A stretch of DNA of 63,973 nt, the filler included, from Folioceros fuciformis (lineage: Eukaryota): the NCBI GenBank assembly GCA_049999805.1. It is 8 parts of 8 records of this genome, joined end to end, with 100 filler letters (N's around TTAATTAATTAA, not from the genome) between each part and the next. Parts side by side here need not be neighbours in the genome. Positions count along the whole stretch, not along the records: positions 1 to 18,494 come from JBNGIO010002847.1; 7 more parts are not named here. The stretch is one strand, 5' to 3'. Below are positions 1 through 12,249 of this stretch, piece by piece. The translations under genes were made by a program, and so were the position numbers. The notes beneath the pieces are model-generated. The model was not told the origin of the DNA. It searched no databases and saw only the letters and a program-made list of their open reading frames with translations. Position 1 is the first letter of the stretch. Every line of letters begins with the position of its first letter.

Positions 1-809
1 AGCTCGCCCCGGACCCGGACCTGCCGCAAACCCTAAAGAGCCCGGCTGGGGAAGCGGAAGAGGTGAACCATAATGACGCGGAAGGTGGCGGTTCGGTCGG
101 GCCAAAGCCAAAGACAAGCAGTACAATTTCATAACACACCACTCACCTCCCTCTCGCCCAACAGAAACTCGCAGCAATCATTTCGATTCATGGCTTCTCT
201 GCCTCTCTCACCCTCCCTTACCCACCTCATTGTTGTAACCAACACGACTTACCGGACCGCGACGAACCCCCATACCACCATCAGTAAATGATCCCGAGCC
301 TCCCGCGAGGCTCCACGTCCGCAGTCTCCGCAGCTCTGGACCCAAGATTCCCACCGACGTGGTGGGCCTCCCAAGTAGACGTGGCGGCTCAACGGCTTGA
401 CAAGTTCAAGACCGGCTGCCGTGGCGTGTCCTGCCGTGGCATGCCATGGCATGGCAAGGCATGGCCTGGCCGACCCGAGTCGACTCGCCCCGGCTCGGCC
501 CGGGCACGACCGTACGGCGAAACTCGTACGTATGTGCAGTACCGGATCTGTATTTAAGGAGTGTAGCCTCGTGGGTATGTGTCAGCGTGTTCCAGTATGT
601 AAGAACGTATATATGCACAGTCCCATGTACATACTCGGGTGGGGCCCACTGGGTGCATTCCGTCCGCTGCAACTGAACACAACCCCCCCAACTGTGGGGC
701 GTGGGGTTGTCACATGCACTTAAAGAACTGGCAGCGCCCGGTGCAGCGTGCGACTCGGCTTGGCTTTCACTGGACACGGAGACGCCACTGTTTTTTCGGG
801 GGACGGAAA

Positions 810-858
810 ACAAAATAAAACAAAACAAAACAAAACAAAACAAAACAAAACAAAACGA
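810..858. repeat. (AAAAC)n pentanucleotide microsatellite
   Basis: About 9 near-perfect AAAAC units are directly visible. Confidence 0.9.
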
Positions 859-1211
859 AAAGCATGTATTGTACAGTAGAGTACTTAACGGGACAAACAT
901 TACCCGGTCCCCCGGTATGCGGACGGTTGTCAGGGACGCCAATGCTGCCTCATAATGCGCGAAATGGGCTCCCTTTGACCGGTTCAACGCCTCCCATTTC
1001 CTCGGAACTAGCAACGCGCTACGCCGGACACATATCCGTCAAACCGTGATGAGATACATACATCATTCTCTGGGATTTGCGCATACAGCATATGCTCATG
1101 TCAGTTGGAGCATTGCATACACTTTCTCTCCAAAATATGGCTTTTTTTACAACTGTGCATTCATTAATTATTACACGCAGTCTTTTTTATCTCAATTTGA
1201 ATTCTAAGTGT

Positions 1212-1256
1212 AAATCCTAAACCCTAAACCCTTAAACCCTTAACCCTAAATCCTAA
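1212..1256 (+). repeat. Short degenerate telomere-like (CCCTAAA) tract
   Basis: aaatcctaaaccctaaacccttaaacccttaaccctaaatcctaa. Confidence 0.6.
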
Positions 1257-4200
1257 CTCCGAGTAAGTTAGTTAGATTTCGAGTAATGCACATTATATGG
1301 TGGCTATATAGTAGATAAAGAAAATTCAACAAGAGCATCATGAAAACAGAAACAGAATTCAATGGCCAAATGTTGCTAAACAAAGATGAGAAAAAATTAA
1401 TAGTCAAAGTAAAACCTGTGGTGAATCTTCTCAAACTCCAATGCAAGATCCTTCAATATGTGCATAGAAAAAAAAAACATCTAAAAATAATTTATAATAA
1501 TGAAATGAAGATTAAGAGGTTTGTAGAAGATTGTTTTTAGTGATAACGGTATAACACATGTGAGATAGATGCTTTTGAATGCTGGTGAAAAAAAGGAATA
1601 ATTTCAAGTGAAACTCCCTATCCTCACTATTGATAATTCTCTTGCAATCTAGTTATAGAGTGAGCTGATTAATTTGGGTAGTTAATACAAAGAATTGGCT
1701 TGGTTGAACGGTTTTACGGATCTGGGGAAATGAAAGTGATGAGGAGAAGGCTTACTGTAAAACGGTGTGCGTGGTGCGTGTGGCGGAAAGTGCAAAAGGG
1801 AACGGGACGCGTTACGGCCGGGGGCTCAGGTCGGACGGGGGAATGCGCGTGAGCTGTCTCGGTAGCTGCAACTCCCACCCACCTCCCCCCAGCTCCCGCA
1901 CCCGGAGCGTGTGTGTGCGAGTGTGAGACTCTCTGTGACTTTGTCAGAGCGCGCGAACGTAATGTTCAGGGAGAACAGTACCGAGACATTTCCCGGCCCG
2001 GCTCGCCCCGCCTGGGCTGCACGTGCAGACGGACGCGGCCACAGCATCCGGGATGGAATGCGCACGACGTGGAGTGGTCAGGCTCAATGCGCCGGGCGGG
2101 GTGTGATCCCATGGGCCCGGTCCGGGGCCCCATGGAGGAATCGGGACGCGCAGGCCAAGCCGGGTCAAATCCGGGTTTGACGACACGAGAACGAGCAAGC
2201 GGAGCAACGGCCCCCTGTCCCGTCCGTGCTCGGCACACCTTAGCTGGTTGGTCGGCGGTTATGGAATGCGCATGGCCTTTGCCCTGCCCCGGCGCGTGCC
2301 TTCCGCGTTGCTCCTCGTCGTATCGTCCCACTCGCTCCTCGCCGCGCCTTCCTGCGCTGCCCTGCAGCTCTGCTCTGGCTGGCTTTCGGGTTAGGGTTCC
2401 AGCTTGGGCTCGGATTAGAAGAGAATCACAACAAGAGGCTGGCAGTGAGTCTGAGGATCCGGACAATGTGGACTACATTCATGTGTATCTTGGATGCAGG
2501 GTGGAGCGGAAAGGAATGGAAAGGAAGGCAAGGGATGGGAATATGAGCTGTTGATGCTGAGCGCGCGCCACACAATCGTATGACGTTTACTCGCATTTGG
2601 CAAGCCACGACCAAGACATGGTGCGAGGTGGATTTGTCTGAGGCAGGCTCTAACTCCTCTAAGTTTGTAGCAGAAACGAAAATATCGCACTCGCTTTGTC
2701 TCATCACTGACCTCACTCGAGTCTCGAGGCCCTCTTACGTTCGCCCAGCCCTGCACTGATTGATGCGTGCTCGTCACTCGGCGGCACCCCCAGTTTTGGT
2801 AACTGTCGGTGCTGTTTTGGACGCACCGCAAACAGGAGAAGCATGCGCCGGAGTTCAGGGTTTCATACCCCGTTTAGGGCGGGGCTGGACGGAACGGGCC
2901 GCGGGGTTGAACGGAACGGTAAAGGGTCTGGCGTGGGGAGATGGAGTGGAAAGCGAGGTCGGCAGGGTGTGGGACTGGGATGCCATGGGGAGTGCGATGG
3001 GGGTCGGAGGGTGTGAAGTTTTCGGCGTTTGCTGTCGCGAGAATCTGGAGCGCTATACACACGTGGGGACGCGGCACGCAAATGATTGAACCCTCAGTCA
3101 CGTTCCTCCCTGCCACGTCTGGCACGTGCGGAGGTTGCTGGCATCGGCTTGGCGTGCTCGGGTCCGGCCGTCGGGGGAATGGAAACGGAATGGAAGGGGA
3201 ATGGAAGGATGGCTGGAATGCTTTGTCGTGTGACGTAGCACGAGTAGCTTCTTTTCCTAGTAATTTCCACAAAGCCACACACCTCTGTTTGTGGCGTGGC
3301 ATGGGGAGGGAGGCTTCTCGGTATGGCCGTTGTGGGGGACAATTTAGCATCCCCTTTTCTGTCCTGTGAGAAGACATAGTGGAAAGAAGACGGGTCAGTT
3401 GGACATACATTACTGCTGCCAGCACACAAGTAGAGGGAGCAGGAGACGGGGAGGAAGGACTGGCACCTTGTCTTTGCTGGGTAGAAGAAGCTTGGAGTGT
3501 GGGTTTGGTTTCCTGATGGTGGTTGCATCTGAGCTGAGGGATGGGTCAAAACGTGTGGGGTTTACCTCACCTTCCAGCCTGAAAGAGAAGCATTCCAGTT
3601 TCTGCTGCTGCTGCTGCTGCCTGAGGAAAGGAGGAAGGCGGTTGGGACTGTGATCGAGGAAGGTTGTGCTACATTCCACTCCCTGTACAACTGCCTGCAA
3701 GAGTAAGTACCAGGACCCGCGTTATGTTGATACTCTCCGTTCAAGCACTCAACCCCTGAAGAAGAAAAATCACAATCGTCACCACCATGCCACATCACCC
3801 ACGACACATCGACCGTTTCTGCTCAATCCCTTCAGTGCTGCTTGTCGGGGTGGTCTTTGGTGTCGTCACAGCGCACACATGGCCCGACGAAAAAAGTGCA
3901 CTTACAAGGTGGGATGAGAGTGGACTTGGCCTTCGCCTTCAGGACGGCGCCAGGGCTGCAGCTGAAGATCCTGGCACCAGAGTGTTCCACGGTTCAGCAT
4001 GGGTTGGGAAAAGGTGTCAGCATCACAAAGTGCGGGATGAGCATAAGCAACCAAATAGCAGGAGAATGCGAGAGGAGGTCGTGACAAATACCACACACTA
4101 GGTTCCAATTTCTTGCTACAGTCCCTGCCGTAATTTGAACTCAGGAGCCACCGGATGGATCCCCCATGGTGCCAGGCCGACCACAACAATCAGATGGGTC

Positions 4201-4784
4201 TTCCAAGCCTCGCAAGCTGCCGCCACATCGCTCTCCGCCGCCTCCCTGCACCGGCAACCATTGTCGTCAAGCAACATCGCCTCAATTATGCTCGCACCTT
4301 CCAGACCATCCATGCTTTCTGCAACCGCGCTCGACAACCCTGCAACATTCCTTCCGCAACTTCAAGCTGAGGGTTCTGCGTTTCCCACCTTCGCTGCGAC
4401 TTGACGCCAGCCCAAGACCTATCATGTGCATGCTGCCCGACAGTCCAGTGTCTCGCCATGCACGGTCGTCCAGAGGCCGCCCTCCTCCGTGCCTCGCCCG
4501 CTTAACTGGCCCGCATCGTAGAGGGGGAGGAGCAAGATTCCCTGCGCAGCCTGGAAACCCAACTGCCCAGCGCCTGCTCAGCATTTCCTCGGAACGTGAT
4601 GTAGCTCATCGTGTAAGCGCCGCAAAATCCGCGTCTCGAAATTCAGACCTACTGTACGCATCAGTCACCGCCACCACCATATCCTAATCGAACGCCTCGG
4701 GATTTGGTAACTCAACTGGGTTAATGTTTACACACAAATTCGGATCAGGCCACCCTTGCGGCATCGGTGTGGCGTGCCCGGGAA

Positions 4785-7130
4785 ATGGAGATCGACAATA
4801 TGATTATTCCGAGCAGCTCAGCCGGCCCACTGGAGCTGGGCTATGGGATCACGGACACTTGTGCGGGTCTCGGCTGCTTTGCACGTCTCGCACACTGGGA
4901 GCCAGGGCATGGGGTGGCAGCGTCTTTTCTGGACCCGATCAAGGAGAAGCTTGAGGATTGCAGGAGGTCTAGGAAGCGCTATGTTTGCCACCCACTTGGC
5001 TGGAATGATGACAAACAAACGGGGAAGAGCTCTCGTACCCGTGGCTTCCGGCGTACGGTGTTCCAGGAAGTCGTGGATTCGAGACTGGCTGCCCTGGATG
5101 TGAAGAAGGGTGATCTTAATCCTTGCAGATCCGTGATTTGGAATATGGGGGTGACGACTGAAACCGTTAACCAATTGTGTAAGCAGGGGCAGCTCAATGA
5201 GGCTGTCGAGGCACTGGGAGTTCTGGTCCAGACAGGCACTTTTACTTCTCAGTCTCTCTTCTATGCAGTCCTGAAACTATGTGTGCTTCACAGGGATCTG
5301 TCTCTGGGTCGCCGTGTCCATGCTCTCATCGTTAAAGGGGGTTTTGAGTCGGACACCTTCTTAGGTAACCACGTCCTGCGGATGTATGCTTCTCAGGCCC
5401 GGTTACAGGATGCGATGGATGTTTTCGCAGTAGTTGCTGAACCAGATGCTTTCATGTGGTCTGCTATAATCTCTGCTCACGTTAAACACAGGCAAGTAGA
5501 CCAGGCCATACAGCTGTATCAACGGATGCGCATGACAAGTGCGAAGCCGGATGGTCATGTGTTTGTGGCAGCTCTTCAGGCTTGTGCAAGGGCAGCAGAC
5601 TTGAAAAGCGGGCAGCAGGTGCATGCAGATCTGTTGGCTAGTGGTATTGAGCCTGATTTGTTTGTTTGTAGCTGCCTGGTGGACATGTATGCACGGTGCG
5701 GAAGTGTAGAGGAGGCAGAGAGAGTGTTTGACGGTCTTCCTCGAAAGGATGTGGTGACATGGAATGCTATGATAGCAGGCTATTCCCAGAAGGGAATGGG
5801 GGATGAAGCCCTTCGTCTCCATAGGGCTATGCAAGATGAAGGTGCGATTGCACTTGATCCAGTCACATTTGTGTGCCTCCTGCAGGCATGTGCAAGTGTG
5901 GGTACGTCGGCTTTGGAAAAGGGGAAGCAGCTTCATGCACAGATTAGAGAACTTGGACTTCAGGCTGATGTTTTTGTGGCCAACAGCCTGGTGAATATGT
6001 ATGCAAAGTGTGGCAGCTTAGATGATGCCCGGAATGTGTTCGATGCACTTCGTGAAAAAAACGTGGTGACCTGGACTGCTCTTATAGCTGGATATTCCCA
6101 GCAGGGCATGGGTCAGGAAGCCCTTCATCTGTATGGTGCTATGCAACAAGAAGGCATTGTTGCACCCAACTACGTGACATTTGTGTGCCTCCTGCAGGCA
6201 TGTGCAAATGTCGCAGCGTTGGATGTGGGACGACAGCTTCACTCACAGATCAGAGATCAAGGGTTTCTAGCCGATGCAACTGTTGGCAACAGTTTGATTA
6301 ACATGTATTCAAAGTCCGGGAGCATGTTTGATGCACAGCTCGTGTTTGATGTGCTACCAAACCGAGATGTTGTCACCTGGAGTGCGCTGATGGCAGGGTA
6401 TACCCGTCAAGGAGACAGTGACAAGGTCTTTGATTTGGTCGTCAGAATGAGAGAGGCTGGCATACGGCCCGATGCCATCACCTTCCTTAGTCTGCTCACA
6501 GTCTGCAGTCATACGGGTCTAGTGAATGAGGGCCAAGAGTTCTTTGATGCTATGAGCAAAGAATATGGCATCACTCCCACGGTACAGCACTATGCATGCA
6601 TGGTGGATCTTCTTGGTCGTGCAGGCCGACTGGAAGAGTCATTGATTTTGATAAGGACAATGCCAGTGCTGCCTGATGCTGCAGTTTGGCTTACTCTTCT
6701 GGGTGCGTGTCGGAAGTGGAGCAATATGGAGATGGGACTCCTTGCTTTCAACGAAGCAGTGAAGTTAGATAGTAAAGACGCTGCGGCATACGTGTTGATG
6801 TCGAATATATACCTTGATGCCCAGATGTGGGAGCAGGCACAGGAAATGCAAGAGAGGAGGACAGGGATCGGGGCATGGAAGAAGCACCCAGGCCAGAGCT
6901 GGTGGACAGACACAGACGGACGGGTGCATACTTTTCTGGTTGACGACAAGGAGCATCCTGAGACGGAAGCCATATATTCAAGGCTGAGCCATCTTCTGTC
7001 GAATATGAAGGAAGAAGGCTATGTACCACGTATGAACTCGTTACTCGCAGACATGACTGATGACATGGGCTACCTATGGCATCTGACGCAACCGCAAACG
7101 GATTCTGCAAAATCTGTGGGTTCATGCTGA
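4785..7130 (+). CDS. PLS-class pentatricopeptide repeat protein with E1/E2 and a truncated DYW (E+) domain; organellar RNA-editing factor
   Basis: Intronless ORF with repeated P-L-S motifs (DVVTWNAMIAGYSQ, LVNMYAKCGSLDDARNVFD, HYACMVDLLGRAG) and an E domain (VWLTLLGACR...YVLMSNIY). The PG box reads KKHPGQSWW...VHTF and the ORF ends shortly after EEGYVP, with no HxE/CxxC. First ATG at 4785. Confidence 0.95.
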   Translation: MEIDNMIIPSSSAGPLELGYGITDTCAGLGCFARLAHWEPGHGVAASFLDPIKEKLEDCRRSRKRYVCHPLGWNDDKQTGKSSRTRGFRRTVFQEVVDSRLAALDVKKGDLNPCRSVIWNMGVTTETVNQLCKQGQLNEAVEALGVLVQTGTFTSQSLFYAVLKLCVLHRDLSLGRRVHALIVKGGFESDTFLGNHVLRMYASQARLQDAMDVFAVVAEPDAFMWSAIISAHVKHRQVDQAIQLYQRMRMTSAKPDGHVFVAALQACARAADLKSGQQVHADLLASGIEPDLFVCSCLVDMYARCGSVEEAERVFDGLPRKDVVTWNAMIAGYSQKGMGDEALRLHRAMQDEGAIALDPVTFVCLLQACASVGTSALEKGKQLHAQIRELGLQADVFVANSLVNMYAKCGSLDDARNVFDALREKNVVTWTALIAGYSQQGMGQEALHLYGAMQQEGIVAPNYVTFVCLLQACANVAALDVGRQLHSQIRDQGFLADATVGNSLINMYSKSGSMFDAQLVFDVLPNRDVVTWSALMAGYTRQGDSDKVFDLVVRMREAGIRPDAITFLSLLTVCSHTGLVNEGQEFFDAMSKEYGITPTVQHYACMVDLLGRAGRLEESLILIRTMPVLPDAAVWLTLLGACRKWSNMEMGLLAFNEAVKLDSKDAAAYVLMSNIYLDAQMWEQAQEMQERRTGIGAWKKHPGQSWWTDTDGRVHTFLVDDKEHPETEAIYSRLSHLLSNMKEEGYVPRMNSLLADMTDDMGYLWHLTQPQTDSAKSVGSC

Positions 7131-9269
7131 ATTCTTGCACTACCATGGGCACACGTCAAAAGCTGAACTGGTGTCCTCCAGGAAGGACGGTACAAAAAGA
7201 GTTGTGTGAGGACTTCATGCTGATAATAGCCGGAAGCCTGCTAAACACCAGAAAGTGTCGCTGCTTGGATGGTGTTGGGTTAAGCTGGGATATCGCTCTT
7301 TCAAACTACTGCTTCCTCGCATGTGGTAATTCATGGCATACACTCCGTTGCCCAGGTATGGGAGCAGGCACAGGAGATGCTCATGAAGGAGAAACGAAGG
7401 GGGTGGAGTCCCAGGCTACAACTGGAGGAGATGCATAAATGGATTTGTTTGTTGCGGATAACACGCATGGCTACTAGGACGCGGCTTCCAAACCGAATGT
7501 AGGGCCTTGAGGCATTTATGCAGCACTAAAACTTTGTTGTTCCAAGACGAGGAAAACCGGGTGTCTGCCGCATCTGAACTCTTCACCAGCAGACATGTGA
7601 AAAAGTCAAGCCAATTTGCAGAGACACGCTGGTTTACTCTATATGCCCTGTCAACAGGAGACCCCAGGTTCTGTGATCCGACTGCCGGGATGTAAGTCGG
7701 CTACACGCTCACGAGGAGAGGAACGTTCTTATTTGGACCCCTGGGAGTGGATTCCAGGGCCTGACTGCCTACAGTCTGGTGGGCGCTGATATCTAACATG
7801 CTTTCGACTCAGACCATGCTCATCAGAGTTGTCTCTAGCTTTCGCACTCCATCTGAAAGCATCCAAGTTAATGCGGGGATTCCTGATTACGGTTCCCAGA
7901 AGCATGTTCAAGCAAGCCTTCACCTCCCAAGGAAACCTTCTGTTTGATGTAATATTGTTCTAGTGCGAACACCTACAACATACAATGGTCAAGTCACCTG
8001 ACATGACCATTGTCTGCTCTATCTGGAATTTCAGTTAAGCAGGAACTCAAGGCTACCAGCCACTGATTGCTAGCCTACTCTTGAGCTGAAAGAAGAGATA
8101 CACAGTGGCCTTTCGTAGGAGCCGGAGGGCTGTCCTAGCGTACAGGTCACTTGACAATCGCCTTTGTGTTCTCGTGCTGGTGGGCTTGTGTTGCAACTGG
8201 TTATGATAGTGGTTTTCTTGGCTCTGTGCAGACTTGGGTGCAGTGTTACGTATCTATATGTTGCAGGGCATTTCAAAAAATGTCGGAACATGTGCTGTTA
8301 CGGAGCAGGCAAGCTATTTGGGTGTCCTTGCAGGTGGCACAAAATACGAATTCTAGCTCAGCAAGCGTCAATTGAATGACATGACGAAAACTCATGTGCA
8401 TGTGAATGGGCTTACTGCATTCCAGCCGGGGGCTCTTCCTCTGGCTGTAGGGTATGATGACACTAATTGCCGAGTTGCCTAACCTTGCTGATAAGGTATT
8501 GTTGCGCAGGAGAACTGGAAGAGTGGTGGAGTTCGTGGGAAGACCCTGTGAATCTTAGAAATTGCGTCCGTGTGTTAAGATTTCCCAGGTACGTGGTAGA
8601 ATCTTGGAAACTCCATTCATTTGTTAGGGTCTCCGGATATGCAGCAGAGAGTTTGTTCAAGATGTGCAGGATGAAGAAAGACTGCTCATTTGTCCAAGGT
8701 GGATCGAGTCGGGCACGAACAAAGACTGCTGCTCCTTCCCCAGAACATGCCTTCAGGAACTAACTAAACTTCTAATTAGTAGTATCACAAGTGAACGACA
8801 TACTCTGCACAATGTCATGATTGCCGGAAGGATCCTTCCAAGCTCAACCCTAAGAAATCTCTCCAAGTTGAGCCCTAAGATAGAGATACCTCCAGGCTCA
8901 ACTCTAAGCGGTCCTTCCTCGCCCAAACTAGGACAAGATGTTCCGAGTCGGAGGACCATGATGAAAGCCGTCTTGTACGTCGCCCCTCCTAATCATCCAG
9001 GAACGAAAGGCGTGGGCGGGGTCTGTGGGGGTTCGCATTGTCGGATGGGAGATGGATGACCAATGTCCTCATGCTGATTCCGGCATATCGACCCCGGAAA
9101 TCTACCATCCTTGTTCTCAGCACACACAAGTCATCAACACCGTAATGCGAGGGTAGAACTCAGATTCCAAGTGGCCATCTCACCTTGGTTACACTCTCGA
9201 ACAGGAAGGGAGCCCTGCGGAAAACAAAGCATTCCGATAACCTCCTATACACCTGCACAGAACATTTTC

Positions 9270-10178
9270 ATGTCCCGCAATGCCGTCAGGTTTGAGGCTG
9301 CGGTGCTTCGGCTGTTGTATCCAGCACCGCAGGAGCCGCCGCCTTCAGATGAGACTCCCCAGGAGTACGAGTCTCCCGTGGTCAGTCTTAATCTGGACGG
9401 TCAGTACGCCGTTGCCTGTCACGATTTTGAGCACAGACGCTTGACGGAGCTTTGTGGTGTAGCAGGAACATGACTTACGGGAGAGGGAAGAATCGGAGTG
9501 CAGATCCGGTGCTTCGGATACAGATGGTGCTCTTCAATTTGGAGGTTTCAGTGGCTTGCCTTGTTGATGGCATGCGTGTGTTCGTGTTTTGACACATCGT
9601 GTCGTCGCAGGTGATGACAATGATGGAGGTGAAAATCCCGGCGAGCGAAACTTGGGCCGAGCGCAGCGGAAGAGGCTGAAGCGGAGGAAGTTGTTGCAGA
9701 CGAAGCAGCAGCAGCCGAATACGCAGAACGGAGGTGGTAGAAAGTTCATTGGTCCGAGGTTACCTGGCGGGGATGCGGGGTTAGGTGAACCTGTTGATAG
9801 CAGTGCGGTGCCTGTGGCTCCGACGCTGTGCGACAAGGATCGAGATACACGAGACGCTTTGCCCACAGGTTCTCTTTGTTGCGACCAATTCTTGGCTTGG
9901 GTTGGTTAAAATTGCACGAGCTGATTTGTTCGTCGTGTTGTAGGGTTGAAGATGCCGGTGAAGTCGAGGACGCAGAGGAGGCGGTTGGCGAAGAAACAGA
10001 AGGGAGGACATGATGGCAGCTCCCACAGGTATGCATGTGTTGTGGTGGAGTAGGCGGGTTGAGATGCCTATGCAAAGCTCAAGGTTTTTATGTTTGTCGC
10101 GCAGGAAATGTTCCAGTTCAGCCTTCACCGTCGAGGTGGTAGGCGAAGGTGTTGAAGGTGTTGTCGTGAAAAAGATGA
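9270..10178 (+). CDS. Uncharacterised small basic protein, multi-exon (approx. exons 9270-9399, 9524-9544, 9611-9868, 9944-10028, 10105-10178)
   Basis: GT-AG introns join into one frame: MSRNAVRFEAAVLRLLYP...GRAQRKRLKRRKL...KFIGPRLP...KSRTQRRRLAKK. Contains NLS-like basic clusters. Exon boundaries inferred by eye. Confidence 0.55.
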
Positions 10179-10782
10179 CCGACTGAGCTGGATAACATTG
10201 CTACGTTCTGCCCGAAGATGCTCGGCATATCGGGTTCCTCTGAGCCGTCCGCACAAGGTAAGAGAGCTTCAAACCTCGGGCGCTCCGTAGGTTTCTCACT
10301 TGATGTGTCTGCTGGGGCACACTTGAGTTCTGTATGTGAAATTTGAAGTGATGTGTCACCTGTCCCGTTGCAACAAGACGTTCTGAATGTCTCATCGGCC
10401 ACCTCCTCGTTCCTACCGTGTTGGCGTATCCAAAATTACTGTAGTAGCATCCAGGTGTTCTCCTAATAGCTGACCCAAAGTTCGGCCCTTGCCTGCTCTT
10501 GTACAGGCCAGGAAAATTTACCGTTTTTCAAAACATCAAACAACAAGCAGCTCAACATCTATCGTGACCGGAACCCTAGTAATGTTTTTGGCTTAAATGA
10601 GTCAAAAGTGACTCGTGAGAAGGTGAACTTCGCTAGCAACGAAAGTCCGAGTGCAAGGATGGAGATAGCTCATTTTAGCCATGATTCATCCCTGTTACAT
10701 TGGGAGGGCAAAGTATTTCAGATGGGGGTGTAAAATTATTATTTGTATTTCTCAAGACATTGCATATTTAGGGTGACTTGTG

Positions 10783-11444
10783 TCATAGATCCATACACTG
10801 AGCCGTACACGGAGTTCCTTCCTCAGTGTAGAGATCCGGATTGTTCGTAAGCCAGGACTCGATGGTTTTGAAGAGCCTGATCGTGGCAGCTTTAGCAAAT
10901 TCTGGTCCACCGGCATCCGCTTTACTCGTGTACTCCACATGCCATTTCACCAAAGTCCTCGGCTGTGCAGCCTTGTCTGCCTCCTTACCGACAGGCCGAT
11001 CCCCCTGTAACTCGGGGATTCCTTCTGATTCCAGCACAGGACTGAAGGAGATTGTTCCTCTGTACAGGCTGTACTGTTGATCAAACAGCTCTCCCCCAAT
11101 AATCGAGTATGAAAGGATGAGATTTTGGTGGTCCACAACCTCAACGAGCTCTCGCGAGAACGTAACATTGGCAAGGCCTGAAGCGATGTACACAAGGGCA
11201 AACCCCAGGAACTCAGCAACAGACCAGCAAGCTTAGAAAGCAGGTGCCTGCAAGCGACAGCGTAACCTGTACCAAACTTGACAATCTTGATGGACCCTGC
11301 ATCCCCATTGCCCGATTCATACTCAACGCTCTCCACCAGGCCGCCTGAAGCGATGGGCAAGCTTCTCCCAGAATCTAATTGGCAGCGCCATAGTCTCCTG
11401 GCTTCCACCTTGACCTCGATGTTTGCCTCCAGAGTGGAAAGCAT
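10783..11444 (-). CDS. PR-10 / Bet v 1 (SRPBCC fold) family protein, 2 exons (11444-11267, 11177-10783)
   Basis: Gly-rich loop GNGDAGSIKIVKF, then ELVEVVDHQNLILSYSIIGG and VKWHVEY...LFKTIESWLTNNP. One phase-1 GT-AG intron just after the Gly loop, as is typical of PR-10 genes. Confidence 0.88.
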
Positions 11445-12249
11445 CGCGCTGAGCTCCAGGGGTGTTCAACTGTGTGAGGCGAGCAAGTGGGCTTGCTCGT
11501 CACACCGGCAACCCGACTAGGGTATCCAGTTCAGAGCGTACAGTTGCGGGAGGAGACAAGACTCCAAGAGCCTTGGCCTTGGAGTCTTGTTCGTGGGTTG
11601 CGTTCGTTTCAGGTACCGATGACAGATGCTCGTAGCGGGAATCCAGTGTGAAAACGGCTGTGCAGGTTCGTCGAAGGTCGCGTAGCCAACCGGACAATGT
11701 GGCATGAGCTAATGACACGGACAAAGTAATGTCGCGCGCTTCCCAAGGCGCTCCAACGCAGCCATGCCATGCCCCTGCTCACCGGCCACCAGCATACACA
11801 CCCGGTGTATGTTTCCCTCTCCTATTTCTCTCTCCCCCTTTTTCCCCTCCCCCCTCCCCCTGCCCCCATCTTTTCCTTCCCCGTTTCCACTTCCCTTCCT
11901 TCTCTTTCTGCTTTCTCTCTCCCCTTTTTTGTGCGCGCTTAGGCGAAGCTTTTACATCAGGAGCCGAGCTCAAGCACTTGGCTTTGCACATGATCGCAAT
12001 GGATTACCAAGGTGGCTTTGGAGCGCGAATGTTTTGTTCCCTCTCAACATTATGAATGTGAGTCTGACCTCTATGCGTATGGCAGGTCTGTAACTTAAGC
12101 ACCAGTGATTACCTCCTGAGTATTTTCACAATATCACGGAAGGAACAATTCCGTAGGTCTACACTCCAACTCAGCTTCCACAAGGCGGAGTGGACGGCTG
12201 TCCATTCAGTATACAGGATCCAATTCCAAGCTCCTTTTCGAAAAGAGGG

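Noticed and set aside
3440-3500. SKLL...KVPVLPP peptide resembling 41660-41705
   Set aside because: Short match that spans a probable splice donor; likely coincidence.
2300-4400. Possible minus-strand multi-exon gene (splice-like signals, short ORFs)
   Set aside because: Could not assemble a consistent reading frame or recognise a domain.
7500-9100. Several 60-130 aa ORFs
   Set aside because: No recognisable motifs or coherent gene model.
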